Source: an uncultured Clostridia bacterium (GTDB taxonomy: Bacteria > Bacillota > Clostridia > Oscillospirales > Acutalibacteraceae). Taken from it: 64,000 bases of DNA. Both the position numbers and the translations under genes were made by a program. Shown in pieces: positions 40,076 through 50,793 of this stretch. Below the pieces are notes generated by a model. That model was not told the origin of the DNA, did no database searches, and was given only the letters and a program-made list of their open reading frames with translations. Each line of letters starts with the position of its first letter. The first letter of the stretch is position 1. The stretch lies in contig CANQVS010000004.1 in assembly GCA_947627345.1 (NCBI GenBank), positions 37,609-101,608 on the forward strand, in the 5' to 3' direction.

Positions 40076-40493
40076 GTGAAGATTGTGAAAAAACTTATTT
40101 TTTTAATCTTGTCAATAGCTGTTTTCATTGTTTTGCTTGGTGGCTGCCAAATTTCATATCTGCCCGAGGGAGAGTATATTAAGTCGGTTTCTTCCCCCAA
40201 TAATGCATATATTGTTAAGGCATATTTATGTATGAATGGCGCAACGGATCCTGATTCTGTCAGATGTGAAGTTATTGAAACATCAACCCGTAGATGCAGA
40301 AATATATTTTGGCAAAATCGAAGAAATGATGTAGAAAAAATGGATAAATAACACCGTTGTAAGTATAGATGATGTTAAGCTTGATATGGAGAATAATGAG
40401 TATTATGATTGGAGAGAACACTATTCAATTGATGACGATGATGAATACTGGGAAAAGTATTTTGAGCTTGATGATGAAGATTTATTAGAATAA
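40076..40493 (+). pseudogene. Frameshifted DUF5412-like lipoprotein gene
   Basis: Lipobox LGGC, LPEGE..SSPN..GAT; frame stops at 40351, but a +1 frame from the A6 run (40335-40340) continues WINNTVVSID..YYDWR to TAA 40491-93. Confidence 0.7.
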
Positions 40494-41146
40494 ATTAAAT
40501 ATTTATATTTGATAAAACATACATTGCCTGCAAATTATTAAAAAACGTATAAAGCTGTTACTTTTATAACTGACAAAACGAAAGAGTATATTCTGCCGTC
40601 TGAAAACTATTGCAGAGTTGAATACTGCAATTTGCAGGGTAGAACATTTATTTTTAACGCAGGAAATTTTAAAGAGAAGTTTACATTTTAAAAAATATCC
40701 TCCATTTTGCAGTTATCATCTGAATTTCAATGAGATTAGACGGCATATGACAACGCTTTATTTAAAAATATACATTTTATATAATATAATTTTTACAAGC
40801 AACAACTCCCGTGATTAAAAATCGCGGGAGTTGTTGTGTTCCTATATATGCAAAGTAAAACTTGAAATCTTATTAAGAATAAATCAGGCGGTTGTGAAAA
40901 TCATAAATTTGATTTAGATTAAAACTGCTTTCACTATAGTAGTGTCAAAAAAACTGAAAAAAGTTTCAAAATTTATTAAAAAATATATTTTTCTCACTCA
41001 GTACATATATTTTATATATTTTTAATAAAAATTTAAATAAAAAATGTTCTTTATTTTATATTTTTACTTGAATTTGCTAATAATATTTGATATTATATAT
41101 TGTGTATATATGTTATTTTTTGGAAATCCATTAAAGGAGGCGGACT

Positions 41147-43162
41147 ATGAACTATAACTTTAACGACGAACGCACAGCGCTTGAACGGTATCACGACGGC
41201 GACGCTGTAAGAGCGCAGGATATTATGGGCGCACACCTTGTCAATTGGGACGGTCGCGAGGGTGTAGTTTTCCGCGTTTGGGCGCCGAATGCTCTGACGG
41301 TGTCCGTTATCGGTCCGTTCAACGACTGGAACAATATGAGCAACTATATGTATAAAGTCGGCGACAAGGGCGTCTGGGAGCTTTTTATTGAGGGGTTGGG
41401 CGAATTTACACGCTATAAATTCTGCATTGAAACTCCTTGGTTTGAAAAAAATATAAAATCCGACCCGTTCGCTTTTCATACAGAAACAAGACCCGATAAT
41501 ACGTCTATCGTCTATAATCTTGAAAAGTATCAGTGGCAGGATGAAGAATGGTTTCAATACAAAAAGGAACATCCGCACAAGGAACAGCCTATGAATATAT
41601 ACGAAATTCACGCAGGCTCCTGGCGGAGATTTGCCGATGGAAATTTCTTCAGCTATAGAAAATTAGCGGAAGAACTTATCCCCTATGTTAAGGAAATGGG
41701 ATATACTCACATTGAGTTTATGCCGATAACGGAGTATCCGTTTGACGACAGCTGGGGGTATCAGGTTACGGGATTTTTTGCTCCTACCTCTCGCTACGGA
41801 GAGCCGGATGATTTAAAGTATTTTATAGATTTGTGTCATCAAAATAACATCGGCGTAATTTTGGATTGGGTTCCTGCGCATTTTCCCAAAGATGCCCACG
41901 GTCTTGCCCGCTTTGACGGAACCTGCTGTTATGAATATGAGGGCGAGCGCCGAGGCGAACACAAGGAATGGGGTACTTATGTATTTAATTACGCGAGATA
42001 CGAGGTAATAAGCTTTCTTGTTTCAAGCGCGATGTTCTGGATTGAGAAGTATCACTTTGACGGAATACGCGTTGACGCCGTGGCTTCGATGCTGTATCTC
42101 GATTATAACCGCCGAAAGGGCGAATGGGACCCCAATGAATTTGGAGGAAAAGAAAATCTTGAGGCGGTTGAGTTCATTAAGAGAATGAACACCGCAATTC
42201 ATATGTACCACCCCGACGCGATGATGATTGCCGAGGAGAGTACCTCGTGGCCGAATGTTTCTACTCCCGTGGAAAAAGGCGGACTGGGATTTGACTACAA
42301 ATGGAATATGGGCTGGATGAACGATATGCTCCACTATATGTCGCTTGACCCGCTCTGGAGACCCTTTAATCACGACAGTCTGACGTTCAGTTTCTTCTAC
42401 GCATTTTCGGAAAGCTTTATTCTCCCGGTATCGCACGATGAAGTTGTTTACGGAAAACATTCTCTTATTGATAAAATGCCGGGCGATCCTGTTCAGAAGC
42501 TTGCTTCCGTACGCGTATTTATTGCGTATATGATAGCCCACCCCGGCAAAAAACTCCTGTTTATGGGAAGTGAAATTGGCCAGGAAAAAGAATGGGATTC
42601 AAATTCCGAGCTTGACTGGGCAGTTTTAGCGGACGAAAACCACCGTATGCTCCATAACTTCTACCGCGATATAAACCATTTTTATATTGAAAACAAGGCT
42701 TTATATGAGGTTGACTTTAACTGGGCAGGGTTTAATTGGATTCATCACGACGACTACACAAAAAGCATTATAGCTTTCAGAAGAATTGCTAAAGACGGAG
42801 AGGAACTTATTGTTCTCTGCAATTTTCAGCCAACTGCGCACAAGGATTATTATATCGGCGTTCCCGAATACGGAATTTATGATGAAGTTTTCAACTCCGA
42901 CGACCCGCGTTACGGCGGAAGCGGAGTAAGCAACGGAAAGGATATTAAAACGGTTGACATAGCTATTCACGGTTATAATCAGGCAATCAAAATTAAAATT
43001 CCTCCGCTGTCGGTAAGCTTTATAAAGCTTAGAGAAAAGCTCGAACGTCCTGTTAAGGCGAAGTCCGAGAAGAAAAAGCCTGTTAAAAAGAAACCCGCAA
43101 AGAAAAAAGTAAAAATGACATTAAACACAACTGCTGATACTGAAAAAAGCGAGCGCACATAA
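41147..43162 (+). CDS. glgB: 1,4-alpha-glucan branching enzyme
   Basis: FRVWAPNA, SWGYQ, DWVPAHF, RVDAVASM, IAEEST, SHDE. Confidence 0.98.
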   Translation: MNYNFNDERTALERYHDGDAVRAQDIMGAHLVNWDGREGVVFRVWAPNALTVSVIGPFNDWNNMSNYMYKVGDKGVWELFIEGLGEFTRYKFCIETPWFEKNIKSDPFAFHTETRPDNTSIVYNLEKYQWQDEEWFQYKKEHPHKEQPMNIYEIHAGSWRRFADGNFFSYRKLAEELIPYVKEMGYTHIEFMPITEYPFDDSWGYQVTGFFAPTSRYGEPDDLKYFIDLCHQNNIGVILDWVPAHFPKDAHGLARFDGTCCYEYEGERRGEHKEWGTYVFNYARYEVISFLVSSAMFWIEKYHFDGIRVDAVASMLYLDYNRRKGEWDPNEFGGKENLEAVEFIKRMNTAIHMYHPDAMMIAEESTSWPNVSTPVEKGGLGFDYKWNMGWMNDMLHYMSLDPLWRPFNHDSLTFSFFYAFSESFILPVSHDEVVYGKHSLIDKMPGDPVQKLASVRVFIAYMIAHPGKKLLFMGSEIGQEKEWDSNSELDWAVLADENHRMLHNFYRDINHFYIENKALYEVDFNWAGFNWIHHDDYTKSIIAFRRIAKDGEELIVLCNFQPTAHKDYYIGVPEYGIYDEVFNSDDPRYGGSGVSNGKDIKTVDIAIHGYNQAIKIKIPPLSVSFIKLREKLERPVKAKSEKKKPVKKKPAKKKVKMTLNTTADTEKSERT

Positions 43163-43347
43163 CGCGCGTTCGCTTTCGTCTGCCCGCAAAACAGTACGTT
43201 CAGCAAGTTAAAATGCAGAAAAATTTTTATAAAATTTAGATTTCCTTTGTTTTCCTTTTTGCTAAAAAATTGCTTGTAAAATAAAAAACATAAATTATTA
43301 TAATTTTAAATATAAATTATACAATATAGATACACGGAGGTTGTAAT

Positions 43348-44544
43348 ATGATACCCAAACAAAAGGTTGTTGCTATGGTTCTCGCAGGAGGACAAGGTTC
43401 ACGGCTGGGCGTTCTCACAAAAAAGCTCGCTAAACCTGCTGTTCCTTTCGGAGGAAAATACAGAATTATTGATTTTCCCCTGTCTAACTGCGTAAACTCC
43501 GGAATAGAGGCCGTTGGTATCCTCACTCAGTACCAGCCATTGGTACTCAACGAATATATCGGAAACGGTCAGCCGTGGGATCTTGACGGTATGCATTCCG
43601 GCGCAAATTGTTTAAGTCCATACGAGGCTTTGGGCAGAGCGGACTGGTACTCGGGAACAGCTAACGCAATTTATCAGAACATAAGCTATATCGACAGATA
43701 TAATCCCGATTATGTTCTGATTCTTTCAGGCGACCATATTTATAAAATGGATTACAACGAAATGCTTGAATTTCACAAGGAAAATGACGCGTCATGCACT
43801 ATTGCGTCAATTGACGTTCCCAAGGAAGAAGCCTCGCGCTTTGGCATTTTAAATACCAATGAGGACGGCTCGATTTACGAATTTGACGAAAAACCGAAGC
43901 ACCCAAAAAGCACAAACGCGTCTATGGGAATTTATATTTTCAGTTGGGATAAGCTTAGAAAATATCTTATTGATGACGCTAACGACCCTGACTCTTCAAA
44001 CGACTTCGGCAAAAACGTTCTCCCCGCTATGCTTAACGCGGGCGAAAAAATGTTTGCTTATCAGTTTGAGGGATATTGGAAAGACGTTGGAACGATAGAC
44101 AGTCTTTGGGAAGCTAATATGGACCTTCTTGACCCAAACGTTGCTCTGGACCTTAACAATATTTATTCACGCAACCCGATGATGCCTCCGCACTACATAG
44201 CTGACGGAGTTTCAATTCAAAACTCTTTAATTGCAGACGGTTGTAACGTAAACGGCGACCTTGAATTTTCTATCCTTTTCGCAGGGGTTACGATAGGAAA
44301 AGGCGCGACAATCAACTCGTCGATTATTATGCCCGGAGCAGTTATTGAGGACGGCGCAAAGGTTGAGTTCGCCATTGTTGCGGAAAATTCGATTATCGGA
44401 AAGAACGCTGTTGTCGGAGCTAATCCGAGTGACGTTGAGAATCGCGATGACTGGGGAGTAACCGTTATAGGAGATAACATTAAAATCGGAGATAACGTTG
44501 TTGTACCTCCTAAGGCTATGATAGATAAGGATATGGAGGTTTAA
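43348..44544 (+). CDS. glgC: ADP-glucose pyrophosphorylase
   Basis: [29 protein letters not shown]. Confidence 0.98.
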   Translation: MIPKQKVVAMVLAGGQGSRLGVLTKKLAKPAVPFGGKYRIIDFPLSNCVNSGIEAVGILTQYQPLVLNEYIGNGQPWDLDGMHSGANCLSPYEALGRADWYSGTANAIYQNISYIDRYNPDYVLILSGDHIYKMDYNEMLEFHKENDASCTIASIDVPKEEASRFGILNTNEDGSIYEFDEKPKHPKSTNASMGIYIFSWDKLRKYLIDDANDPDSSNDFGKNVLPAMLNAGEKMFAYQFEGYWKDVGTIDSLWEANMDLLDPNVALDLNNIYSRNPMMPPHYIADGVSIQNSLIADGCNVNGDLEFSILFAGVTIGKGATINSSIIMPGAVIEDGAKVEFAIVAENSIIGKNAVVGANPSDVENRDDWGVTVIGDNIKIGDNVVVPPKAMIDKDMEV

Positions 44545-44548
44545 TCTG

Positions 44549-45655
44549 ATGAAAAGTAACGACGTGTTAGGACTGATTTTTTCAAATTCCTGTGAAACAA
44601 CATTAACGGAGCTGACTGCTCACCGAACGACTGCCTCCGTCCCTATCGGCGGAAAATACAGAATGATTGATTTCGTTTTATCAAATCTTGCAAACTCAAA
44701 CGTAAATAACGTGGGAATTGTCGCAAAAAGCGGATTTATGTCGCTTATGGACCATATCGGTTCGGGTTCTGCGTGGGATTTATCTAAAAAGAGAAGCGGA
44801 GTTACTATTCTCCCTCCGTACGCAGGGGTCAGCTTTTCAAATAAAATTGAAACGCTTTATCAGCTCAGAGGCTATTTTGAGGACGCTGATGAAAACTATG
44901 TACTCCTCACTGAAAGCAATGTAATTTCTAATGTAGATTTTTCCGAGCTTTTCTACCTCCACTCCGTTAACGACGCCGACATCACCCTGCTTTACAAGCA
45001 TATGGCAGTGCCCGAAAAATCAATCCCGATAGTTATTAAACATAACAATGTCGGAAAGATTGAAAAGGTTCTTATTCAGCCGAACATTAAAGGCAAAGAG
45101 AATATTTACCTTGGAACGCTGATTATGAAAAAGGAGCTTTTCCTAAATCTTATCAATAAGGCAATAAGCGAAAACGAGCTTAATTTTAACCGTCTTATTC
45201 AGAAATGGGCCGCCGAATATAACGTATTCGCGTACGAATGCCCAAGCACCTGCACGGTAATCAGCTCGATGAATGAATACTATAAATTTAATATGAGACT
45301 TATGAACGGTGAACTCAGAAAGGAGCTTTTCAAGACCGACAGACCTATTCTCACTAAAGTCAGAGATGACGCTCCGTGCAAATACGGACTTACAAGCTCA
45401 GTTAAAAACTCGCTTGTATCTCAGGGTTGCTTTATTGAGGGTGAAGTTGAAAACTGTGTAATTTCAAAGGGCGTTCATATTGCTAAAGGCGCAAAGGTAA
45501 GCAACTGCATTATTATGCAGGATACTGAAATAGGAGAAGATTGCAACCTTAACTACCTTATTATTGACAAAGATGTTGAAATCGCGCCCGGAAAAGCAAT
45601 GGCAGGCGCCGACTCTTATCCTATTCACATTGAAAAGAAATCTGTAATTAATTAA
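44549..45655 (+). CDS. glgD: ADP-glucose pyrophosphorylase subunit GlgD
   Basis: Degenerate GlgC paralog; GGKYRMIDF..GSAWDL. Confidence 0.93.
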   Translation: MKSNDVLGLIFSNSCETTLTELTAHRTTASVPIGGKYRMIDFVLSNLANSNVNNVGIVAKSGFMSLMDHIGSGSAWDLSKKRSGVTILPPYAGVSFSNKIETLYQLRGYFEDADENYVLLTESNVISNVDFSELFYLHSVNDADITLLYKHMAVPEKSIPIVIKHNNVGKIEKVLIQPNIKGKENIYLGTLIMKKELFLNLINKAISENELNFNRLIQKWAAEYNVFAYECPSTCTVISSMNEYYKFNMRLMNGELRKELFKTDRPILTKVRDDAPCKYGLTSSVKNSLVSQGCFIEGEVENCVISKGVHIAKGAKVSNCIIMQDTEIGEDCNLNYLIIDKDVEIAPGKAMAGADSYPIHIEKKSVIN

Positions 45656-45667
45656 GGAGGACATAAA

Positions 45668-47095
45668 ATGAGAATTCTTTACTGTACATCTGAAGCCAAT
45701 CCCTTTGCAGGCTCGGGCGGACTTGCCGACGTAGCAGGCTCTCTGCCTCACGCTCTGTGTCGTAAAGGGCAGGACTGCCGAATTGTTATGCCGCTTTATG
45801 GTACAATTCCGCAGGATTTGAAAAATCAAATGAATTTTATTGCGAATTTCACCGTTCCCGTAGCCTGGAGACATCAATACTGCGGACTTTTCTGGGCGAA
45901 ATGGAACGAATGCGTTTACTATTTCATTGATAACGAGTATTACTTTAAGCGAGGAACGCTTTACGGTTCTTATGACGATGCGGAGAGATTTTCATTCTTC
46001 TCAAGAGCTATTCTTGAAATGCTTCCGTATATAGACTTCCACCCCGACATTATTCATACAAACGACTGGCAAACCGCCTTGGTTCCGACCTATTATTATC
46101 TTTTCTACTCAAAGAATCCGTGGTACGCAAATATTAAAAACATATTTACTATCCACAACATTCAGTATCAGGGAATGTACGGCTGGGAGGTCAACACAGA
46201 GTGTGTAGGTATCCCTCCCGAAGAGGCAAATATCCTTGAAATGGACGGAAAGCTGAATATGGTTAAGGGAGCTATTGAAACTGCGGTCCGAGTTACGACC
46301 GTATCTCCCACCTATGCGCTTGAAATCCGTGACCCGTGGTACAGCTTTGGTCTTTATCACGAGCTTAATCTCCGCCACTATAAGCTTTGCGGAGTTAAAA
46401 ACGGCATTGACCTTGAAAGCTATAACCCCGAAACCGACTATCAGCTTTATTGTAACTACTCAAAGGATGATATGAGCGGTAAGGGCGTATGTAAACAAAA
46501 GCTTCAGGAGCGCCTCTGCCTTGAGCAAAGATGGGACGTTCCGATTGTCGCGATGGTTACTCGTCTTGTGGAGCATAAGGGCTTGGACCTTGTTCGTATG
46601 GGACTTGAAGAGCTTATGAACACTGAGAATATGCAGTTTGTAATTCTCGGTTCAGGAGATGAGGAGTACGAGCAGTTTTTCCGTGATATGCAGTGGAAAT
46701 ATCCGGGCCGTCTTTGCTTCTGCCATGGATTTGTTCCCGAACTTGCGCGTAAAATTTACTCGGGCGCTGATATTTTCCTTATGCCGTCTAAAATGGAGCC
46801 TTGCGGACTTTCGCAGATGATTGCTCTGCGTTACGGTACAATCCCCGTAGTCCGTGAAACGGGAGGACTCAAGGACTCCGTATTCGACAGCGCGGACGGC
46901 TACGGAAACGGTTTTACTTTTGCAAATTACTACACCGCCGATTTACAGGGCGCCGTAAGGAGAGCGTTGTGGGGTATTCAGGATAACGAAGGCTGGCACA
47001 AACTGATGTGGCGTGCGATGATGAGTGACAACAGCTGGGAGCGTTCTGCTCAGGATTATCTGAATATATATAACGATACCTTGAACTGGGCATAA
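45668..47095 (+). CDS. glgA: Glycogen synthase
   Basis: SGGLADV (S where KxGG usually has K), HTNDW, FTIHN, EPCGLSQ. Confidence 0.96.
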   Translation: MRILYCTSEANPFAGSGGLADVAGSLPHALCRKGQDCRIVMPLYGTIPQDLKNQMNFIANFTVPVAWRHQYCGLFWAKWNECVYYFIDNEYYFKRGTLYGSYDDAERFSFFSRAILEMLPYIDFHPDIIHTNDWQTALVPTYYYLFYSKNPWYANIKNIFTIHNIQYQGMYGWEVNTECVGIPPEEANILEMDGKLNMVKGAIETAVRVTTVSPTYALEIRDPWYSFGLYHELNLRHYKLCGVKNGIDLESYNPETDYQLYCNYSKDDMSGKGVCKQKLQERLCLEQRWDVPIVAMVTRLVEHKGLDLVRMGLEELMNTENMQFVILGSGDEEYEQFFRDMQWKYPGRLCFCHGFVPELARKIYSGADIFLMPSKMEPCGLSQMIALRYGTIPVVRETGGLKDSVFDSADGYGNGFTFANYYTADLQGAVRRALWGIQDNEGWHKLMWRAMMSDNSWERSAQDYLNIYNDTLNWA

Positions 47096-47158
47096 AATTT
47101 AGGCTATATAATAAAAGTTGGAATAAGAAATAGAGCCAAAATTTAATAAATAACAAAT

Positions 47159-47196
47159 ATCGGGAATATAGACGGCTGAATCTATGTTCCCGATTT
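47159..47196 (+). terminator. Hairpin after glgA
   Basis: ATCGGGAATATAGA..TCTATGTTCCCGAT-TT. Confidence 0.7.
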
Positions 47197-47266
47197 AAAT
47201 TAAAAAAATTTTTTAATTATAATAAAGTATAATTTTAAAAGAGAGGCAACGCCTCTCTTTTTTATT

Positions 47267-47539
47267 TTAAATATACTTTTTTATATCTTCAATCTCACTT
47301 TGAATATTTGAAAGTTTCTTGATTATATCATCATGTGAATATAACGGAATATCTATTCTTCCCACGAGATAATCAATACTTACATTAAAAAAATTTGATA
47401 ACTGAATTAATGAAAAACTGTCAGGATTAGTTTTTCCCGTTTCATAATTTGATAAAGTTTTTTGGTCTATTCCTGTAGCATTTGCTACGTCTATTTGCCT
47501 TAAATCTAAATTTTCTCTAAGAGTCCTTATACGGTTCAT
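47267..47539 (-). CDS. XRE-family HTH transcriptional regulator
   Basis: IRTLRE..LRQIDVA..LSNYETG..FNVSIDYL. Confidence 0.92.
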   Translation of the reverse strand: MNRIRTLRENLDLRQIDVANATGIDQKTLSNYETGKTNPDSFSLIQLSNFFNVSIDYLVGRIDIPLYSHDDIIKKLSNIQSEIEDIKKYI

Positions 47540-47616
47540 ACTTGCATCACCCTCTTTTTTTAATTTTACTATATTTTTTCTAAATATGCTTGACTTACTA
47601 AAAATAATCTGTTAAT

Positions 47617-47650
47617 ATAGATATATACTAATATATTAGTATATATCTAT
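47617..47650. promoter_or_regulatory. Perfect 34 bp palindrome, probable XRE operator
   Basis: ATAGATATATACTAATATATTAGTATATATCTAT; overlaps TTGACT-17-TAATAT (47590-47618). Confidence 0.65.
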
Positions 47651-47733
47651 TTTTTAGTAACTTATTTCATTACATTTTAATATTAAAAATTGGGTAAATT
47701 GTGAATAAACCGTTAAACAACAGGAGGTTAAAA

Positions 47734-48231
47734 ATGAAAACTAAAAAGTATTCTAAAAAATTTTTACTAAAAATCATTGCGGTGTTATCGGTAATGGCGA
47801 CAGTAATATGCTCGACCGCTGTTTTTGCAAATGCATCAACCGGTGGGTCAAACAATACAAGAAAAATTACTGTTAAAACAAAAGCCAATTATTTATTGCC
47901 CGGTTCATCTTCTATAACACTTAAACAAAGCAAAGGAAAGTACACATATAGTTCTTTTAGTTTCTTTAGAGGCTGGAAAACAAAAACAAGTTCCGGTTAC
48001 GGCGTTTACAAAATTACCGCTACCCCCATAAAGGGAAAGGGCGCTAAAAAAACTGCTAAATTAACAGGTAAAAGTAAAAAGATTTCATTAGATAAAAATA
48101 CTACATACTCTGTTACTGTTGCTTATGACAGCAATGCAACGTGGTTACAAAATAAATGTAAGCCTGAAAACTGGACAACGTACCCTTCTTGGAAAGTAAG
48201 CGGCACTTGGAAAGTAAGCTCTTATTATTGA
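47734..48231 (+). CDS. Basic secreted hypothetical protein
   Basis: AGGAGG RBS, signal peptide ending VFANA, Lys/Ser/Thr-rich mature part. Confidence 0.75.
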   Translation: MKTKKYSKKFLLKIIAVLSVMATVICSTAVFANASTGGSNNTRKITVKTKANYLLPGSSSITLKQSKGKYTYSSFSFFRGWKTKTSSGYGVYKITATPIKGKGAKKTAKLTGKSKKISLDKNTTYSVTVAYDSNATWLQNKCKPENWTTYPSWKVSGTWKVSSYY

Positions 48232-48404
48232 TTAAAACTAAATATTAATTCATAATTTATCCATTTTAATATAAAAAGGATACCTTAATAGATTAGCCCG
48301 CAATTAAGCTTACGGTAAATCTGAAAAGGTATCCTCTTTTAATTATAAAATCAGGTTGTGAGCAAAGAAAAAATATGTTATAATTTTTTGAGTTATTATA
48401 AGCG

Positions 48405-49106
48405 GTGACTTTTATGAAAAATGTTATTAAGAAAACATTTAAATATACTCTGCCTGTTTTGTTCGGATACATACCGCTGGGATTTGCTTTCGGAATTTTG
48501 CTGCACTCAGCGGGATACGGACCGATATGGGCTTTTTTTATGAGCGTTTTTATATACGCGGGTACGGGACAGTTTCTCTGCGTTGAACTTCTTGCGGTCG
48601 GCGCGTCGATTCCGCAGGTTATATTAATGACCTTTCTGCTTCATTTCAGACACTTTTTTTACGGACTATCCCTTATAAACAAATACAAAGGTACGGGAAA
48701 ATTTAAGCTGTATATGATTTTCGGACTGACCGATGAAACCTATGCGCTCGTTTCAACCTCTAAGCCTCCAAAAGACGTTAAGCCGTCACACTTTTACACG
48801 GCGATTACGCTTTTAAACCATTGTTATTGGATAACGGGGAGTGTACTCGGGGCTTCATTCGGCTCGCTTTTTACATTCAACTCAAAGGGTATTGACTTTG
48901 TTATGACGGCGCTTTTCGCCGTGCTTGTCGTTGAACAATGGAAGAACAACAAAAATCACATTCCCGCTTTAATCGGATTTGCCGTTCCTGTACTGAGTTT
49001 AATTATATTCGGAGCGGATAACTTCCTTATACCTGCGCTGTTTATTGTATCGGTACTGCTTATGTGTCTGCGCCCTATGCTTGAGGAAAAGGGGGAAAGA
49101 CTATGA
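48405..49106 (+). CDS. azlC: AzlC-family branched-chain amino acid exporter subunit
   Basis: GYIPLGFAFG, YAGTGQF, RHFFYG, LTDETYA. Confidence 0.93.
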   Translation: MTFMKNVIKKTFKYTLPVLFGYIPLGFAFGILLHSAGYGPIWAFFMSVFIYAGTGQFLCVELLAVGASIPQVILMTFLLHFRHFFYGLSLINKYKGTGKFKLYMIFGLTDETYALVSTSKPPKDVKPSHFYTAITLLNHCYWITGSVLGASFGSLFTFNSKGIDFVMTALFAVLVVEQWKNNKNHIPALIGFAVPVLSLIIFGADNFLIPALFIVSVLLMCLRPMLEEKGERL

Positions 49107-49435
49107 GCGATTTTTCAGTTTCGATTTCAATTGTCGCAACTATGGCAATAGTAACCGCCCTCACGCGATTTATCCCGTTTATACTTTTTGACAGAGGAAA
49201 ACAAGCGCCGAACTGGATAAAGTACCTCGGTTATGTTCTCCCGTCGGCAATAATGAGTGTTCTGTTGATTTACTGTCTTAAAGATGTAAATTTTACAGGC
49301 GGAAATTTCGGTATCCCCGAACTTATCTGCATAGCTGTCGCGATAGGTCTTCATATTTGGAAAGGAAACGTGCTTTTAAGTATCGGAGCGAGCACCGTTT
49401 TATATATGATTTTTGTACAGGTTGTGTTCATATAA
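49103..49435 (+). CDS. azlD: AzlD-family subunit
   Basis: TRFIPF..LPSAIMSVLLIY; coupled to azlC. Confidence 0.9.
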   Translation: MSDFSVSISIVATMAIVTALTRFIPFILFDRGKQAPNWIKYLGYVLPSAIMSVLLIYCLKDVNFTGGNFGIPELICIAVAIGLHIWKGNVLLSIGASTVLYMIFVQVVFI

Positions 49436-49466
49436 AAAGCCTTCTCATTTAAGAGAAGGCTTTTTG
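49435..49466. terminator. Bidirectional terminator between azlD and the DMT gene
   Basis: AAAAGCCTTCTC..GAGAAGGCTTTTT. Confidence 0.8.
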
Positions 49467-50314
49467 TTACTGTATAAAAACATCACAAATGCCATAGAAA
49501 CAATAATTACATAACCGATTACCGAATAAACATCGGGAATATCTGCAAATACTAAAAATCCGAGCGCGGAGGCAAAGATAATCTGGCTATAGTCGTAAAT
49601 GGAAATTTCCCTTGCGGGGGCGTAGGTATAAGCCGCAGTAATGGAGAACTGACCGCCCGCGGCGCTAAGTCCGGCGAGGAGGAGAAAAATAAGCTGTTGC
49701 AGTGTGAACATTTTAAAATCGAATATCATAAACGGTATCATACTAAGACAGCTCACACCCGAAAAGAACAGAACGATAAAGCTCCCCTTCTCTCCCCTTT
49801 TTCCGAGAGCGCGAACCATAGAATATGCGGCTCCCGCGCCTACTCCGCCTAAAAGTCCGCACAAAGACGGTACTAAATCGGCATTGACAAAACTCGGCTT
49901 TACAACGAACATCGCTCCGATGAACGCTCCGATTAAAATTAAAACCTGCGGGAATTTTAGTCTTTCTTTAAGAAAAATAAGAGAAAATATTATCGCAAAA
50001 AAAGGCGACATTTTATTGAGAATTGACGCATCGCCTAAGGCAAGGTGGTCAACAGCATAAAAGTTTCCGAGGATTCCCAAGGTTCCCGCAAGCGAGCGTC
50101 CAAGAAGAAGAGGAAGATTACTTTTTTGAAAATGAAAACTCTGTTTATCCTTAATCATAATAGCCAAAGCGAATATAAACGCGACAAAATTTCTAAAAAA
50201 GCTTTTTTCAGGCGTTGGCAAATCTCCCGAAAGCCGAACAAACATATTCATCAGCGCAAAACAAAACGCCGATATAATTATCATAATTATGCCCATATAT
50301 TTTTTATTCCGCAT
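49445..50314 (-). CDS. DMT/EamA-family transporter
   Basis: About 10 TM helices; SPFFAIIFSLIFLKERL. Confidence 0.9.
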   Translation of the reverse strand: MRNKKYMGIIMIIISAFCFALMNMFVRLSGDLPTPEKSFFRNFVAFIFALAIMIKDKQSFHFQKSNLPLLLGRSLAGTLGILGNFYAVDHLALGDASILNKMSPFFAIIFSLIFLKERLKFPQVLILIGAFIGAMFVVKPSFVNADLVPSLCGLLGGVGAGAAYSMVRALGKRGEKGSFIVLFFSGVSCLSMIPFMIFDFKMFTLQQLIFLLLAGLSAAGGQFSITAAYTYAPAREISIYDYSQIIFASALGFLVFADIPDVYSVIGYVIIVSMAFVMFLYSNKKPSLK

Positions 50315-50370
50315 TATTTAATTCACCTCAACAGTTAATATAATATCACAGTTTTAAAGTTTCAGCAAGA

Positions 50371-50402
50371 AAAAGCGCTATCGAATAAACGATAGCGCTT
50401 TC
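50371..50402 (-). terminator. Terminator of the r-protein operon
   Basis: AAAAGCGCTATCG..CGATAGCGCTTTT. Confidence 0.85.
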
Positions 50403-50416
50403 GGTATAGATAAAAA

Positions 50417-50758
50417 TTAAACTAACTCAATGACTGCCATTTCAGCCGCGTCTCCGCGACGCGGACCGATTTTTGTAATACGGGTATAACCGCCGTTTCT
50501 GTCCTTATACTTGGGAGCAATCTCGTCAAAAAGCTTCTTTGTTACGTCCTCCTTAGTAACGAATCTCATAACAAGACGCTTATTCGCGAGAGAGTTGTCC
50601 TTAGCTATAGTAATCATTTTCTCCGCCATTGAGCTGACCTCTTTAGCGCGAGTAACCGTAGTTTCAATTTTGCCCTTTTCTAAAAGGAAAGTAACCATTG
50701 CGCGGAGCATTGCGGTTCTCTGGGCAGTAGTTCTTCCAAGCTTTCTTGTACCTGGCAT
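50417..50758 (-). CDS. rplQ: 50S ribosomal protein L17
   Basis: RKLGRT, GGYTRI, RRGDAA. Confidence 0.98.
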   Translation of the reverse strand: MPGTRKLGRTTAQRTAMLRAMVTFLLEKGKIETTVTRAKEVSSMAEKMITIAKDNSLANKRLVMRFVTKEDVTKKLFDEIAPKYKDRNGGYTRITKIGPRRGDAAEMAVIELV

Positions 50759-50793
50759 ACTAATTCACTCCTTTTTGCTATTTTAAAAGGATT

